In this document: piece after piece, positions 35,501-47,500 of the stretch
How positions within the stretch are numbered: the first letter of the stretch is position 1
Layout: the number at the start of each line of letters is the position of its first letter
NCBI GenBank assembly: GCA_040954595.2
Contig: CM082585.2
Span: 7,465,808-7,529,807, forward strand
Direction of reading: 5' to 3'
Source of the DNA: Balanoglossus misakiensis
Lineage: Eukaryota > Animalia > Hemichordata
Length of the DNA: 64,000 bases
The notes under the pieces: model-generated
Databases searched by the model: none
What the model was told of the DNA's origin: nothing
Seen by the model: the letters and a program-made list of their open reading frames with translations, nothing else
Program-made: the position numbers and the translations under genes

Positions 35501-38500
35501 CTTTTGGATGAATATTTTCGGTTGTGGTATCATCTTTGCGAAGTGTTTTGGTAGATAAACCATATTCATGTTTGGACATTGGTAGTGTAGTCCTTCTGTC
35601 AGGTCCATGCAGTACAGTCCTGCCCTTTTTAATTTCAAGAGAAGATGAATCTATACGTTGTGACTCTACTGTGGAGGTTGGGAGTAAGTCTGGTGCATCA
35701 ACATTGCTTGAAACTGCTGCTCCCTGCAAAATATCTCCATCTTCAGTTTCCTCATCTGTGTGTAAAACTGTTGATGCCTTCGTCATATATTTCATATCAG
35801 TTGATGTGATGACTTCTCGTCGACTAGAGGTTTCTGTCCAAGTATTGTGTTTTTCTTCAGTCATAGTTATAGTCCCACTTGAGTCTCTTGATGTGCCTTT
35901 CTCAGTACTTGCTTGGTCAGAACTTGTAGGCTTGCTTGGAGCCTCAACGCTGTCGGGAATGGTTGCTTTTGGAAGAATAATTCCAGTTGTACTGTCGTCA
36001 ACTCTCAGTGGTTTCATTGATAAATCTTTTGCGTCTTTAGATGTCTGTGACACAGATTTTCCTTCTGATCCAAAATGTTCAGTCAAGTCCTCAGTGTGTG
36101 ATGTATAAACTATTTGACTTGCTGTACTTGGTGCAGATCTAGAATGTGATTCTGGTGCTTCAATATCAACAGGGAATATTGTTCTCACAGTAGCAATTCC
36201 AGCTGACACGGTACTTGCTTCCATTATACTACTTTCTAAATCAGAACTCGGAGATGGGTTTTGGGTACCAACGTTGACTGGTGTCGCAGCTTCTGGATGA
36301 GAGGTTTGATCTGTGATATCTTCAGCCCATTGTGCATTTGTTTCTTTGTTTTTAATTTCAGGGGTCATAACAGCTGTCTCACGTGGAGAAACGGTAGATT
36401 TTCCTTTCTCGCTTCTTTCTGGATCTGGTCTCGAGGGTGGGCTAGGTGCCCCAATGTCAACAGGAACTGTTGGTTTTGGATGAATAATTGCAGCTTTCTC
36501 TTTGTGGGTAGATGTATCATATTCATGTTCGAATGGTCGTGGTGTTGTGTCGCCTTCAGACCCAACATGTTTCGTTCCACCCCAGTCTTCAATGTCTAAT
36601 GAAGTGGCATCTACTTGACTTGGTGGAGTTGGTGGAGGGGTAGATAATAACTCAGACACTTCAACGTCAATAGGAATTGGTGTTCTCTGGTGAATCTTTG
36701 TAGATGTATGCATCTCCCTTTGACTGGAGGATTGAATCATTTTTCTGTCTTTGACTTCAGTGACAGTTGCAGCAGCCTCTCTTGATGTTGTTTGTTTTTC
36801 TGTCATTCTTTTTTCAGTGGGAGGTGGGGATGGGGCACCAATTTTGACAGATGTGTCTGCTTTCGGATAAATGGATTTAGCAGCGATATCTTCAACACTC
36901 TGTGCCTCGATCACCTCAGTACTGCTTACAACCAATTCACTTGATTCAGGAGGTTTTCCTAACTTTGTATTTTCCAGATCTGACCTTGAAGGTGGGCTTG
37001 GCGCCCCAATATTAACAGGAATTGTTGGTTTTGGAAGAGCAATTCTATCTGTACCATCTTCAACACCCCATACCTGGGTAGGTATATCATATTCACGTTT
37101 GAATGTTGATGTGACAGTCGTAGTCTCATCTACAGGTCCAGGCCATTTAGTTTCATCGTCATCTTCATTTTCCAAAGATGTATCATGACTTGAAGAAATT
37201 GTTGGAGGGTATGAGAGTAAGTCTGGTTCTTCAACAACATCAGGAACTGATGTTTTTTGATAAGTGATGTCAGCTGTACTTGCTTCAGTCAAAGGCATTC
37301 CAGTGAATGTTCCTCTTGTACTTTTGTGGTCTATTGATGTAAGAACCTTCCTGTGACCGGGGGTCTGACTCCAATCAGTATCTTTTACTTTACTGGCAGT
37401 CAGCTCCCTTGATGCAATATATTTGCCTGTCTTACTACTTCCAGTATCTAAACTTGAAAATGGGCCTGGGGATGCAACATTGATAGGCATGCTTGCATCA
37501 CTTTCACTCACCGAATTTGGTACCGGAGGAGAAAGTTTTTCTGGTGGTTCATCATAAATATTTACTGCGGTTTTATGATGAGGAATTCTGACTGAACTTC
37601 CTTTCAATTTCCTCGCCACTGTGGTTGAGTCCTCGGCATATTTGTACTGTTCTGGTGCAGTCCTCTCTCTTTGACCAAATTCTTCAGTCCAACCTATATC
37701 TTCTGTTTCAGGAGAGGTGACAACTGACTGACTTGGCGCAGTAGCAGCTCTTAATTTCCCACTTTCAATTGTTGAACCAGGAGGTGGACTTGGTGCTCCA
37801 ATATAGACAGGAATGGTTTGTTTTGGGGGAATACTTTTAGCAGTACTGTCTCCAATAACCCCTTTCTTAGTAGGTATATCATATGTATATTTGCGTGATG
37901 GTGGCAAAGTCTCATCTTCGGGAGTAATGAATTTAATCCTATCTTTGTCTTTAACTTTTGCAGAACTTTCAGATAGTTGACTGTCAGTACCTGACCCTGG
38001 TGGCGGACTTGGTGCTCCAACATTGACAGGTAAAGTTGCCTTTGGTTGAAGAATTTCATTAGTAGTATCTTCAGCTCTTTCTTTCTTTGATGACATGTCA
38101 TGTTCGTCTATGGATGTCTGTGGTGCAGAGTCGACACCTTCAGATCCAAAAAGTGAAGAGGTTCTAGCAAGCAGTCCTGGTGTTTCAACTTTAGATGGAA
38201 CTATTGTCACTTGAATAGTTCCAGCTTTACCTATTTCGGCTTTGTCTACCTTTGCATATGTACCCTTTGCTCCTCCTGGGAAGTAAGTTCCAACTTTGTC
38301 CCTTGATACACGAGTAGATGCACCTGGTTGATTTGGCTGACTAGCTCTTCCCACATCACTACTTCCAGTATCAATGCTTGAAGGTGGCGGAGTTGGTGGA
38401 CTAACTTTGACAGGTACACTTACTTTGCGATGAGAAATTTCAGAAGCAATATCTTCAGTAGCACTTGGCTTCTGATGTTTTGACGTTAATGCTAACATGT

Positions 38501-41500
38501 TGTCTTTTGGCCTGGAAAGTTTGCTTTCATCTGTGTCTTTCATTTGAATATCAGTTGCATCCATCTGAGCGAATGATTTTGCTTTAGTTGTAAGAAGTAA
38601 GTCTGATGATTTAGTGTTAACAGGAATTGTTGTTCCCTGATAAACAGCTTCTGCATCTGTTGCCTCTAAAACAGGACTTCCAAAAATACTTTCGTCAATT
38701 TCAGTGATAAGGTCATCTTTCATTGATGTGGTATGAGGCAAATGGACAGAAGGATATGCCACCTTTGTAGAAGTTAGTCCAGGTGTAATCACAGATGGTG
38801 TAGATTTGGTGAACTCAGAGTCTCTTGTACTTTGATCAGTAGAATCTGTGGAGAAGGGAATAGCTTCTCTTCTTGTTTTCCATCTGGACTGACTTGAATG
38901 TTGATCACTTTCAGTATCCCTGCTAGAAGGTGTGCTTGAAAACCCAGTAATCCTAGGAATTGTTGCACCCTGATGAACATGTTCAGTCATGTGACGCTCT
39001 GTGTGCTCATAATCTTTTTCAGTGGAATCAGATTCTTTAGTGGTCTGAGGTTTGTGGACATGCTGGTAACTTTCAGTTCCCGGACTACTGTTAGTGCCTG
39101 GACTATGAGTTGGGCTTGATGTTCCAATCTTGATAGAAGTAGGAGTACTCTGATGAATGAAGGTAGCGGACTTCCCAATATATTTAAAATCACCAGTGAA
39201 ACTCTGTCGGGTAGATGTGGTCTTTGTGTTCTTTTTAATTTCTTGTTTTGGTTGTACTGGTGTGGCTGCAGTGCTGGGGAAAGACAAAGTCTGTAGAGTC
39301 TGAAACCATGTCGATGACGTTGCTATTCTGGCAGCACCTCTTGTGGCAGGTCCAACAACAAATGAAGGTTGGTATCCTGTTGTATCAGTTTCATAAATGT
39401 GGGTATTTTCAGCAGAGCCTTCATCAGTGTCCATCTCAGTTGGAATATCATTTTCAGGAGGGATTAGATTCTGTTGAGTTGTTCCATCAATAATTGATGT
39501 TGTAGATGGATTAAAGTTCTGATGGGGTGGCGAAACAGTTGGAGTCTTAAAGTTGATTTCAGCCTGGAGTGTAGCAGAATGTTGATCGGAAGATTTCATT
39601 CCTTGGTACGTATTCTTATCGGTTAATGTCTTGTCAACATCATCAGTGGTCTGCTGTGTCTGAAGATCCATTGGCCCATCTCCTGATTCAAAAGCAGGGG
39701 TTTCAGTGATGTCCTTTACATGGGGGAGTTTTGTGTGAATAGTTTTTGTTTTTCGCAGTTCTTCATCTATTGATTTTGTTATCTTTTCATCAGAGTCTTT
39801 AATATCATGTTCTCTTGTACTTCCTTCCTGCTTTGCAAGCTCTGGTTTTGTAGAAGCTTTTGCTGTTATACCCTGCTTGTCTGTTTGTTTGTCTTCATCT
39901 TGTGACATTTTATCATCTGGTTTGGTAATCTTCTGTGAAACACCAAGGAAACCTTCTCCAGTGAATTCATCCGTTACAGCGTCGACATCAGATGGTGAAA
40001 GTTCTGGCGGTTCTGTAATCCAAGCCGTTGTAATATCCGAGCTAAAACCATCTCCAGATGTTTCAAATATGTTCTTCTTTGCAGCCCCTGTTTCTACAAT
40101 GTCTGATGTTGCAAAATCATCTTGATCTTCCTGTGAAGTGTGCAGTGTTGACCTCACTGTTTCAATTTCTGCTGTAATTCCTCCGAGACCATCTCCTGAT
40201 GTTTCTCCTTCTGTACTCGGAAATGATGCATGTGGTAAGAGGGTTTCTCTTTGATGTAGTGTTGTTGTTGGGTGATATGTCGTTGATGGAACACTTGGCA
40301 TTGGTTCAGATCCATAAGTCAATATAACAGATGGTCTTGAAGGCACTTCAACATTGTCTTTGCTTGTGTACAGACTACTGTCGTCACTTTTACTTTCTGC
40401 AACACTCACAGTTGTCTTTTGATCAGTGGCTGCAGGTGATGTCACCATTCCTGTTGTGACAGATGTTCCTTGTCCTGCTGCTTGAGTTCTTTCATGCTGG
40501 GTTGTGGTTAGGAAAACTTGTTTCCTTTCTGCTAAACCAAGGCCTTCATCCGTTTGAAGTTTCTTTAAAGAATCGACAGTTGATGATTCAATGTCTATTT
40601 TTGAAAACAGAGGTGTTTTAGTTGTCATGTCAACAGATTTACCACTGTTATCGTTTGTCAGAATATCAATGTCATCATCTCCTGATGATTCTGCTGGACT
40701 TTGTGTAGTTAATCGATGAGGTGTTGTATATGTCTCACTGCCAGTACGGGATTCCATGATTGTCATAGATGAATGAATGGGTTTCAGCGGCTCGTCAGTG
40801 CTTTTGTCAAATTTGCTCTTTGGTTCAATTTCTCCCGATGACTCCTCTTCACTTGTGAAAAGTGTCATCTGCTCGTCGCTTGCTTGTTTTGCGGTATCGG
40901 GCAACATTGTACCAGTTGTTGTTGGTGGGAAACTTGTCACCATAGTTGGATGATGTGGTGTTACTTCTATGTACCCTTCATCAGTTACTGAATCTGTGTC
41001 GTCTGTAGTTTCATATTTCTCCGTTATATCTTTTGAATGCGGCAAAGGGGAAATTCTCACCACTGTCGGTCGCTTAGATACAGTACTGGGTTGGTAATCT
41101 GAAGGTGCCCTAGTTGTTTCTGAGTATCTTGTTGTTTTGCTGTCAGATGTTGACCGAAATTTGGGAGATCGCGTGTTGTGTGTCTTTGTACCAAAAGATG
41201 AACTTGCGGGGTAAAATTGTGAATGACTTGCAGGCACCACTGTAGTAGCGTCATCAGCTATGCCATCTCCAGAAGTATCTGTTTCAGTCTCATGGCTTTC
41301 TGTTCTGTGTGGCATCTCTGTGGAAGAAGTACTTTTTACAGTCTGTGGCATCTTTTTGGTAGAAGTACTTTTTACAGTCTCTGAACCCAATACATTTTCA
41401 GCAGTTGGTGTTTCTGTGATTTCTTCTTCTATGAAACTCACTTCTGATGCTTCGTCACCCGCAGCTGGTGTTGTTGGTACTTTTATTTTCCCTGTAGTTG

Positions 41501-44500
41501 TAGCTAATTTTTCTCCTGGTGTTGACATAGGCAAGTTTGTGGCTTGGACAGGATGCTCAGGTGAGATTTCAATGAACCCTTCTCCTGAGAAATAGTCGCC
41601 ATCTTCTTCAGTTGACACTTGCCTACCCGCTGTGATTGGCTTATGTGTTGTCAATATGGGTGTTCGGTGACTGGACATTGTTGCTTCAGTAATAAATGTT
41701 TCTACAGTTTTACGTGTTTGTTGAGGGGCAGATGTTGGCTGGATGTTGTTTGTTTTTGTCCTTGATGATAAATATTCTGTGAATATGTCTTCACCACTCG
41801 CTTCAGTTTCTATTTGAACATCAGGTTTCTGCAGTTTTGTAGACTGCACTGCCCCCTCTGATGTGGTCAATGTTCCTGATGTATCCCTTAATGATGCTGT
41901 CGCCAGCGTATGTTTTTGAGATTGTGAGCTGATTGTATTTATTCCTAATGAGGAATCTGTTGGGTGATATTGTGTACGATCTTCAGCAATCAAAGTCAAG
42001 AAATCTGAATCACCATCTCCAGATATTTCTCCTGTTGGTACATCTCCTTCCATGAGAAATGGTTGTGTTGTCATTTTGGTTTGAGAACTCACTAGGTTTG
42101 GTGAGCTGGATGAAGTAGTATGTTCATCATCTCCACCATCTCCAGATATTTCTCCTGTTGTTACATCTCCTTCCATGAGAAATGGTTGTGTTGTCATTTT
42201 GGTTTGAGAACTCACTAGGTTTGATGAGCTGGATGAAGTAGTATGTTCATAATCTCCAGATGTTTCTTCTGTTGTTACATCTTCTTTGAGTAATGATTGT
42301 GTTGTCAATATAGTTGGAGAAGAACTCATTAAGTCTTGTGAGCTGGATGAAGAAGGATGTACAAACGGTTCATCTGTGGTTGAGCTATAGTCCCTTTCTG
42401 TTTCATCTTGTCCAGAAGATTCTTCATCTTCTGTAAAAAGTGGCATATGTGATTTCATTGCACTGCTAGGAGCAATTGTTATCGATGGAAAGATTGTTGT
42501 CGATCGGAAAGGTTGTGATGATATTTCAATAAAACCTTCCCCAGAAAACTCGTCCTCTCCTGATGTTGTTGTTGTTATCTTTGATACTTCTGTTTCGCTT
42601 TCTGGTACAGTAACTGGTGATGATTGAATTACATATGGCTGTGAAGTCGAATTTGGTGTTCCTTTTTCTAAAAGGGGACCAGTTGGTACAAACTGTGTGT
42701 TGTCACCATCAACAGAAGTTGATACATGGACAGCGTAACCTTTAGACGTTTTTGCAGTTGACCTTGGACTGCTTGAAGATGAACCTGATGAGGACACGTG
42801 TTCAAATGTTGTACTGTGGTCGTATGTTGTTTCTGGCAAAAATGAATGTACGGAAGAACTTTCAGTTGGTGTTTCTGGTTGTGAAGATGAAGTCACTCGC
42901 AGTTGGGGAGTTGATTGTTGCTTTCCTTTCCCTAAAGAGGCATCTGTGGGGATATACTGAACTTGGCCTTTGCTTACAGAGGTAATAACATCGATATCAC
43001 CATCTCCGGATGTCTCTACCGTTGTTTCAGAACCTTCTGGGTGTAATTTGCGTGTTGCAGTCAAGGTTAGGGGACTTAATGCTGTATGCACATGTGTAGA
43101 ATATTCAAAGGGTCCAACTGTGGTTTGAGATTGTGTTCCAGATTTCGTTTGTCCTGCTGAATAACTGGTTGCATGATGCTGAGTGTGCTTTTTCTGTATA
43201 AAGTCAGTGGCGTCAAGCCCATCATCTCCAGATATCTCCAGTGTGCTACTATGACTTTCTTCTGTAAATGATACAGTTGTGGTTTCAGTTAGAAAATCAG
43301 TTTCTGTCGTCCTTTCAATTTGTACACTTGCAGCTCCTAATGGTTGATCTGTTGTTGTCGTTATTGAACCATCTCCAGACGTCTCTACAGTGGTTTCAGC
43401 ACCTTCTGAGTGTAATTTGCGTATTTCAGTCAAGGTTAAGGGACTTTCTGCTGTATGCACATGTGTAGAATGTTCAGATGGTCCATCTGTGGTTTGAGAT
43501 TGTGTTCCAGATTTCGTTTGTCCTGCTGAATAACTTGTTGCAAGATGCTGTGTGTGCTTTTTCTGTATCAAGTCAGTGACGTCAAGCCCATCATCTCCTG
43601 ATATCTCCAGTGTGCTACTAGGACTTTCTTCTATAAATGGTACAGTTGTGGTTTCAGTTAGAAAGTCAGTTTCTGTTGTCTTTTCAATTTGTACACTTGC
43701 AGCTCCTAATGGTTGATCTGTTGTTTGTGTTATTGAACCATCTCCAGATTCTTCTCCATCTGTAGGAAAAAGAGATCCTTGAGGAACTTCTGCTTTTGTT
43801 GTCCTTGCATGTATGGTTTGATCGGATGTTGCCGGTGGCAGAGTTGTAACAGATGGCGTTGTTGGTAATGACTTGGCTGTTCGTTGTGTTGACACTTCAA
43901 TGAACCCTTCCCCTGAAAAACTCTCTTCCTCTTTGGTTGCCTCATCTTGAACTGTTATGTGGTCAGTGGTGGTGGAAGTCATCCCCGATGGCTGCTTCGT
44001 GGCTTCCAATGTTGTGGTTATATCTGAAATAGGTTTACTTGGAATTGTTGATGTGTGACCAGTTGTTATGGGTAACATATTGTCTGTTTTTTGTAAACCT
44101 GCTGTAGGTGGCTGGTGTGTTTCAATTTTACTGGTTTCAGGAAACGTTCCGTCACCTGATGATATTTCTTCTATGGTTCCCTCTGTTTGTTTCCCATATG
44201 TTGTTTTTGATGTTTGGGTTGATTTTGGAAGTGTCCGTGCTGTGGTCTGTTCAAGGAAATTATCAGATGTTGCAACTGGAGCTTCTGTGGATAAAGTATA
44301 TCCTGGTGTTCGAAAGGAGGTTTCTAATTGTGTTGGGGATGTAGTTATTCCCTCTGAAGTTGTTGAAGTCACAACCTCTGGTGGTGGCCGTGAAGAATGC
44401 TGAATTGTTCCACTTGAAACTGTAGGCAGTTTCCCAGTAAATTTCTCATGTTTAGGCCTAATTACAGTTATGATGTTAATTCCATCGCCAGACATGTCAC

Positions 44501-47500
44501 CTGGTGTCTCGAGATCGGTGATTTGCAATGATTCCGAGGAAGAATCTTCCATGGATGGAGTTGATACAGTGTGTATGTGTGGTCCAGTTGGAACATCAGA
44601 GGTGCTTTTTCGAGGAATGTCCATTTCCCTGCCCCCGCTTCCATCTCCAGACAAATCCCCATCCATGTCTTCAAAGAGTGTGTCTGGTCGATGTGTCGAA
44701 GTCTCCACAAAACCTGAGACCATCGTATGTGGAGTTGTCGACTTTGCATCAGGCGTCGCAGGAAATGACGAAGGTGTTGTCGACCTGGCGTTTGTCACCT
44801 CAAGGAATCCCTCACTTACAAATTGCTTGTCGCCAGTTGTCTCGAGTAATTTGGTGGACAGGACTGTACTTGTTTCAGTAGAAAGGAATGGCTCTTCAGA
44901 TGTGCCATCTATCCTTCTGGATTCCGAACTTTGTTTTGTTGGTGCGTATGTAGTTGATGGCAGCTCGTAAATGCTTGATGAAAGCCTGTCATATGTATCA
45001 CTTGTTGTTTTTCCTGTTTGATCATATGATGTAAAATGTTCGCTAGTTGATAATGGCAGTGATTCAGTCTCAGTTTCCTGTTCATCACTTTTTACTCCAT
45101 CTTCTGTCGACTCATCCCCTGAAAACTCAAATGTCGTCAGCTCTGGTTGGACATGCGATGTGGATAGTTCAGTTGGTGATACCCATGGCAACAAACTCCC
45201 TGTTTCCATTTCACCTGATGACTCCACTGTCATGTCCAACTGGTCATGTGATGTAAGCAGTGATGTCGCCGATGGCATTGATGACGTTGCAGTAAACTCG
45301 TCTTCCCGTGAAGATTCTGCAGTTGTCAATCCTGTGTGGTCGTGCATTGTAGATAATTCAATTGTTGATTCCGGCAGTAGTACAGTCTCGGTCTCATAGT
45401 CCCCTGATGAATCAGTAGTTGTAAATATGTCCGTGTGTCTTGGTGTAAATCTTGGAAAAATCGTCGACAAGATTTTCTTGGGTAATTCCGTTTTATGTGC
45501 TGTCATTTCAGTAGGTTTAGTCCTGATTTTTCGCTCCATGCTTTTTGTTATGAATTTTGTCAGAAGAGTACTGACTAATTCGTTTTCTGTGGAATGTAAA
45601 TCATACGGTGTATTCTCTGTCTCTGCTTGTGTTATACCACTTGTAGGTCCACTTGCTAGTGTAGTAACAGTTGGCACAAGCCCAGCCTTTTCGGTGCCGG
45701 TGAAAATAAGTTGTTTCAGTGTTGGTGCTGTGGTCAGCATTGTGCTTTGGGTACTCTGAGTGACCACGGGACACTGGCAATCGACAGTTGTGGGTTGGCT
45801 GGTCGAGTATGCACCCTCAGAGTGGAATGGATGGAGTGGGAGGTCGTACGTTGATAGGGGCTCCGTTGATGGTGTCGGACAGTTTCCAGATTCAATTCGG
45901 TCCACAACTGCATAAAAAAAAAAGAAATCAATAGATACAATATGAGTACAAGTATTGAGAACGAATATTCAGATTTCAATCCACAAAAGTATGAGAAATC
46001 TGTAATCACCTAAATAAACAATAATTGTAAAGATTCATAATGCTTAATAATGACACCCCTAATTCAACTAACAAACGACCCACATATGCATGTCTTGATG
46101 ACAGGATGGAAGTTGTAACAGCGGTCTGTAATGGAAACTTTCCTAAAAATACCTACCTGATAGCACTATGCTTATCATATTTTCTATGTCGTGTATATGT
46201 TGATGGATGATGTCTAGTCTATCAGAACATCCACATGTGTCCGAGTCTTTCTGTGAAATGAGAAAAGACAGAAAATATACAGATATTCCTTAGCTTATCA
46301 ATGCTTGTATAATAACCAGTTGTCACAAATCAACGCACACCCTGCACATGCAGGAATACCACTATGAAGCAAAGTTTTGGTTGATACACAGAAACAAAAT
46401 ACTGCGAAAATAGTTGCGTAGCTTTAAGTTGTAGTGATCGAGAAATTAGATCAGACGTCTCAGATTGTTGATGCTGGGTTATATTAGCCAGATCTGCTGA
46501 CCTGTGGTTTATTTCCATTTCATAGATGACTTGCCGCTAATGGATAAAACGCAGCTTGCTGTTTACCCAACTGGTTCGGTAAGTGGTTTATACAATAATT
46601 CAGAGAATGCGCGTAACGGGGACTACTGTTCGTAAACAAGGAGATGCCCCCGAAACATGGCAAGGAATGCCATAATAAAGGCATGGTAGTTAGCGAATAA
46701 TCGTGCAATGTCTACTCTGAAAGTAGTTATTTGCAGAAGTTGCTTGGTGATGTTTTATCACTTTCGCATGCAAGAGGCTAGCAATGTTGGCTTTTTTTAC
46801 CATGCTGTCATTGCGGAGACGCCCTCAGTGGTGCATTTCATCACAAACACAAACACGCGTTTTAAATTCAAGTTAAAATCAATAGTACAATAATTATAAC
46901 AGTTAATGCTACAATACTGGCACTTTTATTTAGTCATTAATATGCATACACTGTGCATTCAAAGACACATCCGTCTTGACTTAGTGGGTGCATGTACCAT
47001 TTGCGAGTCCTTTGACCACACATCTCGCCCTTTACCACCGACCGTAAATGTTTACCCTCGCAGTTTTTCCCTGACTCTGTCGCTGCCCTAGCTTGTCGGG
47101 GTCACTCACACTCGACGCTGAACTCATCGTGAACTATCGACGTGTCTCATAAGTTACTCGGTAAATCAAATATCAAATGTGCATCACTGTGGATGACTTG
47201 GGTGCGATGCTCCGTTTCACCATGCGCATGTTCTCGTGGCAGATTTAATGAGCAGACTGCAGTCGAAAATAAACACGCCACTGTTTACTTGTCTACTACT
47301 GAGTTATATTTTCGGTAACATTAATTAAATTATGTCATGCACCTTCACGAGTGCAGTTTGCGCGTTCCTGTGTATCTTTAACCAATTAAAGTCACAATAT
47401 ACAGTGAACTGAAATCTAGGTTAAGGTAATCTGCGACCGACATGCAATGACCGCGAAAAATCCTCGGGTTACATGTTAACCTTTGATCTTGTATGTGAAC

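Noticed and set aside
42013-43750. 369 bp equals 3 x 123 bp, suggesting nested repeat units
   Set aside because: SGD spacing within the 123-aa unit is 49 and 74 aa, not 41; treated as coincidence.
33705-45759. Many plus-strand and alternate-frame ORFs over the giant exon
   Set aside because: Val/Ser-rich antisense shadows of Thr/Ser/Glu codons; no domains or supporting splice structure.
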